Positions 1 through 8,440 of a stretch of DNA of 29,026 nucleotides are shown one piece after another. Positions within the stretch are counted from its first letter, which is position 1; every line of letters begins with the position of its first letter. Under the pieces are notes generated by a model. That model saw nothing but the letters and a program-made list of their open reading frames with translations, searched no databases and was not told the DNA's origin. This stretch comes from Bacteroidales bacterium (GTDB lineage: Bacteria > Bacteroidota > Bacteroidia > Bacteroidales > UBA10428). The position numbers and the translations under genes are program-made. The DNA is taken from positions 1 through 29,026 of the forward strand of contig JAXDCR010000003.1 of assembly GCA_034677845.1 (NCBI GenBank), in the 5' to 3' direction.

Positions 1-318
1 GTTTTTTTAAACAACAGCCTGAACCGGTTCAACTATCGCCTTGACCAGTGTCTGGTAAAGGCGGTGGAGGAGCTGCTGGATACAGCTGACAAGCGGCATT
101 ACAATGAACTGATTTTCAATAAAAATCCAATGTTTATAAATGACACCAACCGGTATCACATCGATCTTCGTCCTGACAGTCTGTCTCCTGCCATTGATGC
201 AGGAAGCGACTCCCTGTTGCTGGCCGAACCCGTTCTCCGGTATGATTTCGACGGTCAGCCGCGATACCTTGACAATGCTCCGGATCTCGGGGCTTTCGAA
301 AGAAAAACAACTGACTGA
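1..318 (+). CDS. C-terminal end of a secreted/beta-helix-type protein (choice-of-anchor Q-like tail); 5' truncated by the window edge
   Basis: Frame 1 is open from base 1 (VFLNNSLNRFNYRLDQCLVKAVEELL...) to TGA at 316-318. It ends in SPAIDAG...D.DG.PR...PDLGAFE, a typical tail of Bacteroidota beta-helix proteins. Confidence 0.65.
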   Translation, partial: VFLNNSLNRFNYRLDQCLVKAVEELLDTADKRHYNELIFNKNPMFINDTNRYHIDLRPDSLSPAIDAGSDSLLLAEPVLRYDFDGQPRYLDNAPDLGAFERKTTD

Positions 319-333
319 ATCCCGCGCGGCCGG

Positions 334-1392
334 ATGAACACAGCTACATCACTGATGCTGGCAGGGTTGTGCCTGTTTGTTGCTTCACCGACCTGCGACC
401 GGAAATTGCATGATTACCATTCACCCAGTGAAAGCAATGAGAATGACAGATCTTTCCGGATGGCCTTTTACAACACTGAGAACCTATTTGATATTTACGA
501 TGATCCGCTTACCGAGGATGATGAATTCACTCCCGGAGGTGACCTGCATTGGACTGCAAAAAGATATAAAGACAAGATGAACAAGGTCTACAAGGTCATT
601 GTTGCCTTGGGAGGCTGGGAGCCTCCTGAAATAGTGGGCCTGTGCGAGGTTGAAAACCGGCAGGTGCTGGATGACCTTGTTACCGGAACCCCTCTGGCAA
701 AATACGATTACAGGATTCTCCACCAAAACTCAGATGACCTGAGGGGTATTGACGTTGCCCTTCTGTACAGGGGTGACAGGGTTCGCCTGTTGCAAAGCCG
801 GTATTACAGTCTTACCCGTAAAGGAATCATCACCCGCGAAATCCTGCATGCAAAGGTGCTAGTATCGGAGGATACCTTTCATGTATTTGTAAATCACTGG
901 CCTTCCCGTTCAGGTGGCGAACTCGAGACCGAAAAAAACCGGATTGAGGCAGCGCGTCTTTTAAGATCAGCCGTTGATTCTCTGTTCAGGGTTGACAGCC
1001 GTTCTCGCATTGTGATCATGGGAGACTTCAACGACACGCCGTCCGACCTGAGCATGTCGGAGGTCCTTCAGGCCCTGACAGTTTTTCCTCCTGCCGTTTC
1101 TCCTGACAGCAGGCTTTTTAACCTTTCCGCCGGGGGTGACTTCAGGAACAGGGGTACGATAAAATACGGTGGGCAGTGGTCGGTATTTGACCAAATAATT
1201 GTGTCAGGCGCCTGGTTTGACAAGGAAGGTAATCTGAATGCCGGTGTTGAAAGCTTCAGCATTCTGGATAAGAACTTTTTACTGATTTCCGATGAAGATT
1301 ACGGGGGACTGAAACCCTTCCGCACTTACTCAGGTTATTCCTACCAGGGAGGGTTTTCGGACCATCTGCCCGTTTACATTGATTTATACTGA
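334..1392 (+). CDS. Endonuclease/exonuclease/phosphatase (EEP) family protein, Bacteroidota secreted type
   Basis: 352 aa with an N-terminal signal-like segment. Motifs FYNTENLFD, GLCEVEN, GIDVALLY, VNHWPSR, MGDFND, FDQIIVS and GGFSDHLPV match the EEP catalytic set. Confidence 0.92.
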   Translation: MNTATSLMLAGLCLFVASPTCDRKLHDYHSPSESNENDRSFRMAFYNTENLFDIYDDPLTEDDEFTPGGDLHWTAKRYKDKMNKVYKVIVALGGWEPPEIVGLCEVENRQVLDDLVTGTPLAKYDYRILHQNSDDLRGIDVALLYRGDRVRLLQSRYYSLTRKGIITREILHAKVLVSEDTFHVFVNHWPSRSGGELETEKNRIEAARLLRSAVDSLFRVDSRSRIVIMGDFNDTPSDLSMSEVLQALTVFPPAVSPDSRLFNLSAGGDFRNRGTIKYGGQWSVFDQIIVSGAWFDKEGNLNAGVESFSILDKNFLLISDEDYGGLKPFRTYSGYSYQGGFSDHLPVYIDLY

Positions 1393-1431
1393 CCCGTGCC
1401 TGACCATCTGGCCGATCAGTCCGGTCTCATG

Positions 1432-1710
1432 CTATGGTTTGGCAGGAACAATAGCCTGCCGCCTGCAATAACGGGCACAGTCACCGCAACCCATACACCT
1501 GGCAGAATCGATGAAAGCCTTGCCGCTCTGCATGACCAGGACCTTCTGCTGACACGACCGTATGCAGTGCATGCATCCGTTGCATCTGACGCTGAGTACT
1601 TTATACGGAACTATCTTACCTGGTTCTCCTGCAAAACCAAGATTTGTCATGGCGAGCATGCCGCCAAGGATCAGGCTGCCCCCTGAATATATAAAGTTTC
1701 TTCGTTTCAT
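1432..1710 (-). CDS. Small 2x[4Fe-4S] ferredoxin with twin-arginine (Tat) signal peptide
   Basis: Start reassigned to ATG at 1710 (MKRRNFIYSGGSLILGG..., 92 aa). Two CxxCxxCxxxC motifs: CNGCMHCIRSC and CMGCGDCARYC. Confidence 0.85.
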   Translation of the reverse strand: MKRRNFIYSGGSLILGGMLAMTNLGFAGEPGKIVPYKVLSVRCNGCMHCIRSCQQKVLVMQSGKAFIDSARCMGCGDCARYCRRQAIVPAKP

Positions 1711-1795
1711 GGCTTTTTGATTTTTCTTAACAACTTGTCCCGTTTGACATACTTTATGAAATCCTGTTTGAAATACTGTTTTAATTCTTACGGAA

Positions 1796-1803
1796 CAAAA
1801 ATA
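1796..1803 (-). promoter_or_regulatory. Bacteroidota -7 promoter element for the ferredoxin gene
   Basis: Minus strand TATTTTTG matches TAnnTTTG, 86 bp upstream of the ATG at 1710. No well-spaced -33 element was found. Confidence 0.4.
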
Positions 1804-2092
1804 GTTCCACATATTAAACAATTAAAAATCAATATACAAACTGGCATTATCCATCGACAGAACGGCAAATATGAATGAAAAACACCCGGTTTTCACAGTA
1901 AGGTCCGGAGCCGGCAGGCTATCCTTCAACTGGTAAACCTCCGCGGCATAGGTCATCGTCAAGGTGACGGGTGTGATGTGACAGTTGCGTTGTTTTTTAC
2001 ACTATGACAACAACCAAAAGCAGGATAAAAACGTTATATGCATAAATCCGGTCAATTAAGCATCACGCCGAAATAAGTTGTCAAAGGAATGC

Positions 2093-2872
2093 ATGATGAA
2101 CAGCAAGGGATACAGGTCAGTTGCCCTGTCTTATAACCGCCATGCGGTGATTACCATCCTGAAGATCAGCAGCACGCATGATCCCATGCACTGCATCACA
2201 GAAGTCGATGTCACGGAACCCATGGGATTGATGAAGGAGCATTATGAGAAAACGGGAGTAAAACTTTCCCTGACAGCCTATGTGGTGGCCTGCCTTGCGC
2301 GTATCCTGACGGAGTTTCCTGCTTTCAACTCATTCATCAGGGGCAGGAAATTAATCCTGCTGGATGATATAACCGTGGTGGTTTATATCGAGCGGGAGAT
2401 TCGGGGTGAACCTGTACCGGAACCCGTCGCAATCAAAAATGCCCATCTTAAGACATATAGTGAAATTCATGCAGAAATCAGAAAAGCCCAGATGCAGAAC
2501 GATGACAGTCTGGGAAGTCTGTCGGATGCACAATGGATAAGGTTTGTTCCAAGGTTTCTCGGCCCTCTGATTGCACGCATTCTTGATAACAATATTCGTT
2601 TCGCCAGAAAATACGGCAAAGCGGTTGTGTCATCGGTAGGGATGTATTACAGGGGGCCCTCCTGGTATGTTCCGAACGGCACCACAACCGTGCAGGTGGT
2701 TATCGGGGGTATGAACCGCAAGGTGGTTGAACATGACGGTGTATTCTCATCTGCAGATCATTTGTGCCTGACTGTCACATTTGACCACAGGATTGTTGAC
2801 GGGGGACCGGCTGCACGTTTCATGCAGAGGCTAACCGATCTGATCAGAAGCGGGGATCTTCTGAGGGACTAA
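2093..2872 (+). CDS. Stand-alone 2-oxoacid dehydrogenase E2-type acyltransferase catalytic domain (CAT-like fold)
   Basis: Motifs EVDVT, KLSLTAYVVACLARIL..FPAFNS and LTVTFDHRIVDGGPAARF (HxxxDG active site). No lipoyl or E3-binding domain. The ATG at 2093/2096 is preferred over the TTG at 2078. Confidence 0.88.
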   Translation: MMNSKGYRSVALSYNRHAVITILKISSTHDPMHCITEVDVTEPMGLMKEHYEKTGVKLSLTAYVVACLARILTEFPAFNSFIRGRKLILLDDITVVVYIEREIRGEPVPEPVAIKNAHLKTYSEIHAEIRKAQMQNDDSLGSLSDAQWIRFVPRFLGPLIARILDNNIRFARKYGKAVVSSVGMYYRGPSWYVPNGTTTVQVVIGGMNRKVVEHDGVFSSADHLCLTVTFDHRIVDGGPAARFMQRLTDLIRSGDLLRD

Positions 2873-3062
2873 TACCTGATGGACCCGTCTGTCATTAAGG
2901 CAACCTGACATCCGGAATCCGGCATTCCGGTCTGTGCTGTCAGTCAAGTTGAAATCTGACGAGGTCTGCGATGAATGGAATAAAATGATTATACTTGCAG
3001 CCAGTTCAAAACTGTAACTCTCCCACCCCCCTGCACAGTTAATCGGATATTGCGTAATTACT

Positions 3063-4319
3063 ATGAAAAGACTTAACATGATCAACGTTATCGGGATGGA
3101 TTTCTTCATCACCGTCATGCTTATGCTGTTGATATCCTGTGAGAAGGAGACCAGTTACCCGGAGAATGAGACCTGCCAGACGGGTGATACTTTGACAGCC
3201 ATCGCAGGGAATAACAGAGTGTGGACTGAATATCTGGGGACTGATACAACTGTGCTTGCCTTTCCTGACCCGTACGCAAACTACTGGACATACTCCTTTG
3301 CCCGCACTTCTGAAAATATGGGATTCAGGATTACCGGGGAGTTTGGTGACTGCCGTTACATGAACTTTGCAGTCTATGAGCTCCCGTCAGCAGTCACCTC
3401 AATTAACATGAAAGACGTGGACATCAGGACGGACTGCGGCAATGAGAATCCATTTATTGACGACAGAGTATCTGACAGCCGTTTTTACAGTCTCCATATT
3501 GTTCCGGAAGGCACCATCATTAAAGAAAACTGGCTGAACGTGATCACCTTCGATGCCTCGGCCGACAGCCTGTCGATCTTCCTGCGATATTACCTGCCAC
3601 GCTCAGACAAACAAGCCGGTGCAGAACTTCCCGGAATAGAGGCATTTAACACAATAAGCGGGGAACCAGCGGAACTGCCGGAACCGTTTTCTCTCACGTC
3701 TGTCAGAATAAATATGGACAGTATCAACAACATCCTGAATTCTTTTTTCAGGGTTGAATCGGTACCGGATCAGATCATCCGTTTCTACAATATACGCAGT
3801 GACCTTTACTATGCCAACCCTGACAATCTTTATCTGGCCACTCCCATAACCAGAAAAGAGAATGAGGTGTATATGTTCCGGTTCAAAGCGCCTGTCTTTG
3901 CCCTCACCAGGGAGGAGATACCGACTGCGGAGGTGCGCTACTGGTCTGTAACGCAAAGCGATATAACGACCCGGAGTTTTTTGGGGATGAAAGACGAAGA
4001 CGCCATCATTGCCAAAGACGGTTTCATAAACCTGGTCATAGCTGAGGATACCCCGGAAAACAGGGCCAGGGCAGAGGGTCTGAATTTCATGCCCTGGAGT
4101 GTAAAAAGCGGCAAGATGATACTGATATATCGAAATATGCTAACCAGAGAAGGGTTCACCGGCAGCTTCAACAAGGTTCCCAACCTCGATGGATCGAACA
4201 GCATGAATGTTTTTCTTCAGGCTGCCAGAGTCTATATTGGTGAATACGGACCTGCCGGAAAGAGAATGAGCCAGGAGGAATATCTGAGCAACTTCGGAGG
4301 GTTTCAGATCAGCTACTGA
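3063..4319 (+). CDS. Lipoprotein of unknown function
   Basis: 418 aa with hydrophobic signal and lipobox LLISC followed by acidic EKETSYPENE. Conserved-looking motifs FPDPYANYW, RYMNFAVY, YANPDNLY and VRYWS. Function not recognised. Confidence 0.8.
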   Translation: MKRLNMINVIGMDFFITVMLMLLISCEKETSYPENETCQTGDTLTAIAGNNRVWTEYLGTDTTVLAFPDPYANYWTYSFARTSENMGFRITGEFGDCRYMNFAVYELPSAVTSINMKDVDIRTDCGNENPFIDDRVSDSRFYSLHIVPEGTIIKENWLNVITFDASADSLSIFLRYYLPRSDKQAGAELPGIEAFNTISGEPAELPEPFSLTSVRINMDSINNILNSFFRVESVPDQIIRFYNIRSDLYYANPDNLYLATPITRKENEVYMFRFKAPVFALTREEIPTAEVRYWSVTQSDITTRSFLGMKDEDAIIAKDGFINLVIAEDTPENRARAEGLNFMPWSVKSGKMILIYRNMLTREGFTGSFNKVPNLDGSNSMNVFLQAARVYIGEYGPAGKRMSQEEYLSNFGGFQISY

Positions 4320-4487
4320 ATGGCGGTTTGCCGGAAATACAACCATTGGCTCCCAAAATCCTGTGTTTCGATGACCACTGCCCGTCTTCTCATTTCATCA
4401 GGTATCAGACCGGCGTTATTGCTCAGTGTCTTCCTGATGGCCCTGATCTCCCGGGCAAAGGATTATTCTTAGCGGCACATTTCAATA

Positions 4488-4563
4488 TTTACCGTATTTT
4501 TTGGCGCATCTGGGACAGTAAAGATACCACATATACCATTTTTTATTGACAGGCCCTTTGATT
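4488..4563 (-). pseudogene. Fragment of a second copy of the GyrI-like gene (7819-8307), C-terminal WYxCPRCAKKYGK segment
   Basis: 4492-4563 aligns to 7859-7931 in the same orientation, with 3 substitutions and one 1-nt indel (by-eye alignment). Confidence 0.85.
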
Positions 4564-4864
4564 GCGCGCATTCTTGATAACAATACCCGTTTCGCCGGAA
4601 ACACGGTAAAGCGGTTGTGTCATCGGCAGGGATGTATTACAAAGGACCCTCCTGGTATGTTCCGAACGGCACAAGGACCGTGCAGGTGGTTATCGGGGCA
4701 TGAACCGCAAGGTGGTTGACCATGACAGTGTATTCTCATCAGCAGATCATTTGTGCCTGACTGTCACATTTGACCACAGGATTGTTGACGGGGCACCGGC
4801 TGCACGTTTCATGCAGAAGTTCACCGACCTAATAAAAAGCGGGGAACTGCTGAAAGATAAGTAA
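4552..4864 (+). pseudogene. Frameshifted 3' fragment of a second E2-type acyltransferase gene
   Basis: Aligns to 2561-2872 at roughly 89% (about 34 differences in 300 nt, counted by eye). It has two 1-nt deletions and no 5' half, but still encodes DHRIVDGAPAARF and ends at TAA 4862-4864. Confidence 0.9.
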
Positions 4865-4956
4865 CTTGCCGACCCGGTATACGTAACACCGTAATCCCGG
4901 TCCTGCCTCCGGGATACACCGCCGGTTCATGGTAAAGTGTTAAACACTTGTTTTCC

Positions 4957-4994
4957 ATGTGGCAGCAGGGCTGGTACCTGCCCTGCTGCCACAT
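4957..4994. terminator. Strong 15-bp hairpin downstream of the aldo/keto reductase gene (terminator or 3' stabiliser)
   Basis: ATGTGGCAGCAGGGC-TGGTACCT-GCCCTGCTGCCACAT is a perfect 15-bp stem, 10 bp from the stop at 5005. There is no U-tract on either strand. Confidence 0.55.
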
Positions 4995-5004
4995 AGAGAA
5001 CCGA

Positions 5005-6219
5005 TCAGGTCCTCAGAAACTCCATGGGTACGTCCCTGAGTCTGGCGATATCCTGAATTCTGTTTCTTACATCAAAACCTGCTGAACAGCTGACACGGCA
5101 CTTGTCGCATGAACCGCACACATCACCTGTCAGTCCCGTCTGCTGCAGGGTATACCATGCCTGTTCCATACTCCTGTAACCATAGGCGTACATATAGCTC
5201 CTCATGATTGTCGGGATATCAAGGTTGCGGGGGCATTGCGGAAGGCACCTCTTGCACTGCTGGCAGTACAGGCTGGGTTCCGCCTCCAGCTGCGCCAGGT
5301 TAAGGTCTTTCAGTTCCTGGTCACTCAGCTTCAGGTTCTGTGTCATCTCCACGTTTTTCTGAAGCTGTTCGATGTTTGACATGCCGGAAACGATGGTTGA
5401 TATGTTATCATTCTGCAGTACCCATTTAAGGGCTGCATTTGTATTGATAGCACTGGTTCCCGAATTGTCGCGGAAGACTCCGGCCGTTGTCTTGATAGCC
5501 ATCAGGCCAAGACCTGCCCTTGCTGCGGTATCCATTGCCATGTGCAGGTTGTCCTTATCCTGTACCTTGTAATTATAAGATACCATGATGACATCGTACA
5601 CTCCGGATGCGGCAGCTGCTGCAACAGCTTCCGCGCATGTATCATGGGTGGCAATACCGAGGAAACGGGTTTTGCCCTGTTTCTTAAGGTCATTAAGCAC
5701 ATTAAGGACAGGCTCATATAAAACCGATTCTTTTGAACATACCATGGGAAGCATGAAAATATCCACATATTCCAGGCCGAAACGGTTAAGGCTGTCATCT
5801 GCCTTCTTCTTATAGGAATCGGGACTGAAATCCTTTGTAAAGGTCCCGGTGCGGTTGTCGAAACCATCGGGCGGGGCGGCCGTACCGACGACGAAGGAAT
5901 TACGGGGTAGTCCTTTCAGGGCTTCTCCGACGAGTTTTTCGTTGTTGCCTTCACCGTAGTAGGTGGCCGAAAAGAACAGCCTGATGCCGTAATCATAGGC
6001 TGCCCGGATGAAGTTGGAACTGCTGGTGGCGCCGGTCCCCATGCTGATGACGGGACTCTGGATACCTGTTCTCCCCAGCGCCCGTGTGGGTATGGGAGCG
6101 TAGGAGCTGACCGGCTGTCCGCTATTTGGGGCAGCATTCAGGGTGCCCGGCACGACGGCAGCGCCTGTCAGACCAAGGAGGCTTTTTTTCAGGAATTCTC
6201 TGCGAGCTTTGATTTTCAT
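5005..6219 (-). CDS. Aldo/keto reductase with Tat-like signal and C-terminal Fe-S dicluster domain
   Basis: N-terminus ARREFLKKS. AKR motifs RALGRTGIQSPVISMG, SATYYGEGNNE and SLNRFGLEYVD. C-terminal Cys motifs CQQCKRCLPQCP and CGSCDKCRVSC. Confidence 0.92.
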   Translation of the reverse strand: MKIKARREFLKKSLLGLTGAAVVPGTLNAAPNSGQPVSSYAPIPTRALGRTGIQSPVISMGTGATSSSNFIRAAYDYGIRLFFSATYYGEGNNEKLVGEALKGLPRNSFVVGTAAPPDGFDNRTGTFTKDFSPDSYKKKADDSLNRFGLEYVDIFMLPMVCSKESVLYEPVLNVLNDLKKQGKTRFLGIATHDTCAEAVAAAAASGVYDVIMVSYNYKVQDKDNLHMAMDTAARAGLGLMAIKTTAGVFRDNSGTSAINTNAALKWVLQNDNISTIVSGMSNIEQLQKNVEMTQNLKLSDQELKDLNLAQLEAEPSLYCQQCKRCLPQCPRNLDIPTIMRSYMYAYGYRSMEQAWYTLQQTGLTGDVCGSCDKCRVSCSAGFDVRNRIQDIARLRDVPMEFLRT

Positions 6220-6396
6220 ATCAGTGTGTATTAGGTTGAAATCGGATAGCTAATATAATGGGGACTAAAATTACAAAATGCTTGTTTATTTACAAGGTTC
6301 CCGCCCTGATGGATCTAAAAGAACGGAATACTACTCTGCGGACCGATATACTGTGCCCTCAGGAAAGCCCCCGGTATGTGCTTGTGAGACAGGCGC

Positions 6397-7104
6397 TTAT
6401 CTGGCCATGGCCAGTCTTCTCATGGTAAGAGGCATCAGTTCGATGGCATAACGGAGCGAGGTCCGGGGCATGAGGCACTTGTTGCGCATCACATAATCAA
6501 AAATTTCCTGCCGGTGTTTGCGGCTCTCTTCCTTCAGCAGCCAGCCGTAGCCCTTCTGCACCATATCGTCCTTATCTGTCAGCATAATGGAAGCTATCTC
6601 AATGGCTTTATGGAGGAACTCACCCTTTTTGGCGGGCATGATTAGGCTGACCGCTGCAGCCCTTCTCATCCACCGGTTATCAGACCGTGCCCAGTCCCCC
6701 AGCACATCAGCCTTATGCGGGAAAAGCGTCAGGAGGTCTCCCACGGCATGGTTGCAGAAGCTGTCACATTTGGCCCAGTTGTTTATATAAAGGTTGATCC
6801 ACCGGGCATACGTTTCCATGTCTTCCGGCACTATGAATGAATTAAAGTGTTTGCCCCACATGCTGACAACAAAGGCCTCCTCCATGACGTCGGTCCGCAA
6901 CAGTTCCTCGCAAAGGGAGAAGATGACCTCCTTGCCTTTTTCCTTTATCTTCTGCCAGTACCTTCCGGCTATCTTTTCGACTGTGTGCGTCTTCACCCCG
7001 TAACCATGTACCTCTTCCCTGAAAAAACGACTGAAGCTGAGGCGGGTTTTTTCGTCGGCATGATCAATCAGTTCCTGCCGTATGACCTCGATAAGATGGT
7101 TCAT
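6397..7104 (-). CDS. AlkD-family DNA alkylation repair protein (HEAT-repeat glycosylase)
   Basis: Motifs YGVK, INNWAKCDSFC, WARSDNRWMRRAAAVS, DKDDMVQKGYGWLLKE and MPRTSLRYAIE. The ATG overlaps the upstream stop (ATGA at 7101-7104). Confidence 0.92.
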   Translation of the reverse strand: MNHLIEVIRQELIDHADEKTRLSFSRFFREEVHGYGVKTHTVEKIAGRYWQKIKEKGKEVIFSLCEELLRTDVMEEAFVVSMWGKHFNSFIVPEDMETYARWINLYINNWAKCDSFCNHAVGDLLTLFPHKADVLGDWARSDNRWMRRAAAVSLIMPAKKGEFLHKAIEIASIMLTDKDDMVQKGYGWLLKEESRKHRQEIFDYVMRNKCLMPRTSLRYAIELMPLTMRRLAMAR

Positions 7105-7769
7105 CTATTCCCCTTGATTCTGTATGCCATCCAGATAAGACCTCCCTTCTTTTTTTCCTGTCTGATCAACTGAAGTGAACAGGATTTGCCAAGATTCCCG
7201 AAAATGCTGTAACCGCTTTTACCAACGAGAAGCGGGTGAATGAGCAGGCTGATCTCGCTGACCAGGCCTTTCTCCACCAGCAGGTTCCCCAGGATCCGCC
7301 CTGCATCAACAAACACGATATCAACATTATAATGGCTGTTCAGTTTTTCAAGTGCCAGTTTCAGATCAACTTGATCCTGGCCGGCAACGAGATAATCATA
7401 ATTGCGTTCATTCAGGTAAGTAAGGTAGTCGGCAGGTGTTGTTTCAGACACAAGGGCGATGACATCCCGGCAATACTCAAACCTCCGGCAGGTGTGCAGC
7501 AATCCTTTCAGGCTTCCCCTGCTGTCGACCACAGCCCAGAAAGGAATGTCCGCTGTCCTTTCAGGCTTGATGAAATCGCTTTGATCTTCAGGAGGAATAC
7601 TGCCGTTCCCGTACAGTTCGGTTCCGGCTGTGACCGTTTTGGAACCGATCAGATGTACCCGGGGTGAGTAGCTGCCTGCAATTCTGTAGTGCATTTCCAT
7701 GTCAGGTTCAAAACCTGTCAGGGAGCCGTCCAGGCTGACGGAATTGTGAAGAATGACTCTTGGAAGCAT
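7101..7769 (-). CDS. RibD C-terminal / dihydrofolate-reductase-fold reductase
   Basis: Motifs VILHNSVSLDGSL, LIGSKT, VVDSRG, VFVDAGRILGNLLVEKGLVSEISLLIHPLLVG. No deaminase domain. Confidence 0.88.
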   Translation of the reverse strand: MLPRVILHNSVSLDGSLTGFEPDMEMHYRIAGSYSPRVHLIGSKTVTAGTELYGNGSIPPEDQSDFIKPERTADIPFWAVVDSRGSLKGLLHTCRRFEYCRDVIALVSETTPADYLTYLNERNYDYLVAGQDQVDLKLALEKLNSHYNVDIVFVDAGRILGNLLVEKGLVSEISLLIHPLLVGKSGYSIFGNLGKSCSLQLIRQEKKKGGLIWMAYRIKGNR

Positions 7770-7818
7770 AGATAACGTTCTTTGAATGATTCAACAGGTA
7801 TAATGCAGTGCCGTGATC

Positions 7819-8307
7819 TTATGTCGCCACTTCCGAAATGATGACAGTGTAGTTTTTTCCGTATTTTTTTGCGCATCTGGGACAGTAAACATACCACATG
7901 TACCATTTTTTTATTGACAGGCCCTTTGATTTGGCCAGCTTTTCAAAATCCCTGCACCATTTTCCCGTGTCACCGTATGGGCCCTCATAGACTTTGCTGA
8001 GAAATTTGCCGCTCAGGGTGGTGTTTTCAATACCGGGGATTTCCTTGTCCACCGACAGGTAAACATCCATGTTCCACCTGGATGTGTGATCCGAAAGGCA
8101 TACGGCACCTGTAAGTGCTGAACCTGCCTGTTTCAGTATCCTGTCGAAGTTTCTCATGACATTTCCGAAGTTAAGGGGAATGAAGAACAGGGTTCTGACC
8201 TTCCCTTTAATAAACTTCCTGTTATCCCATTCAATTATCTTATCGTCCCATGGTGCCGGGTCGAATTCGGGGCAGCAGGCATCATCGTCTTTCTTTTGTG
8301 ATTCCAT
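7819..8307 (-). CDS. GyrI-like (SHS2-fold) small-molecule-binding/hydrolase protein with N-terminal CCP and C-terminal CPRC motifs
   Basis: EGPYGDTGKWCRDFEKLAKSKGL resembles the GyrI-like GPY..helix motif. Also has CCPEFDP.PWD and WYVYCPRCAKKYGKNY. The ATG at 8307 is preceded by GGAGG; an alternative ATG lies at 8319. Confidence 0.7.
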   Translation of the reverse strand: MESQKKDDDACCPEFDPAPWDDKIIEWDNRKFIKGKVRTLFFIPLNFGNVMRNFDRILKQAGSALTGAVCLSDHTSRWNMDVYLSVDKEIPGIENTTLSGKFLSKVYEGPYGDTGKWCRDFEKLAKSKGLSIKKWYMWYVYCPRCAKKYGKNYTVIISEVAT

Positions 8308-8440
8308 ACCATCCTCCATTTTTTCAAGGTTTAAGCTCTTATCAAATATACAATTTGGTCATGAGTTGTCAGGGGAAAAAGCCGCAATTTTTGAAAGAGT
8401 TTATCAAATCAGGTTGCCGGCATTTTTTCGGGATTTCCCG

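Noticed and set aside
1825-1975. Minus-strand stretch translating to LTMTYAAEVYQLKDSLP, faintly like a four-helix-bundle protein fragment
   Set aside because: Too short and too weak a resemblance to support without a profile search.
4320-4470. Minus-strand open stretch FAREIRAIRKTLSNNAGLIPDEMRRRAVVIETQDFGSQWLYFRQTAIQ next to the chimeric scar
   Set aside because: May be another gene remnant, but it has no start codon, no recognisable family and no match that I could see elsewhere in the window.
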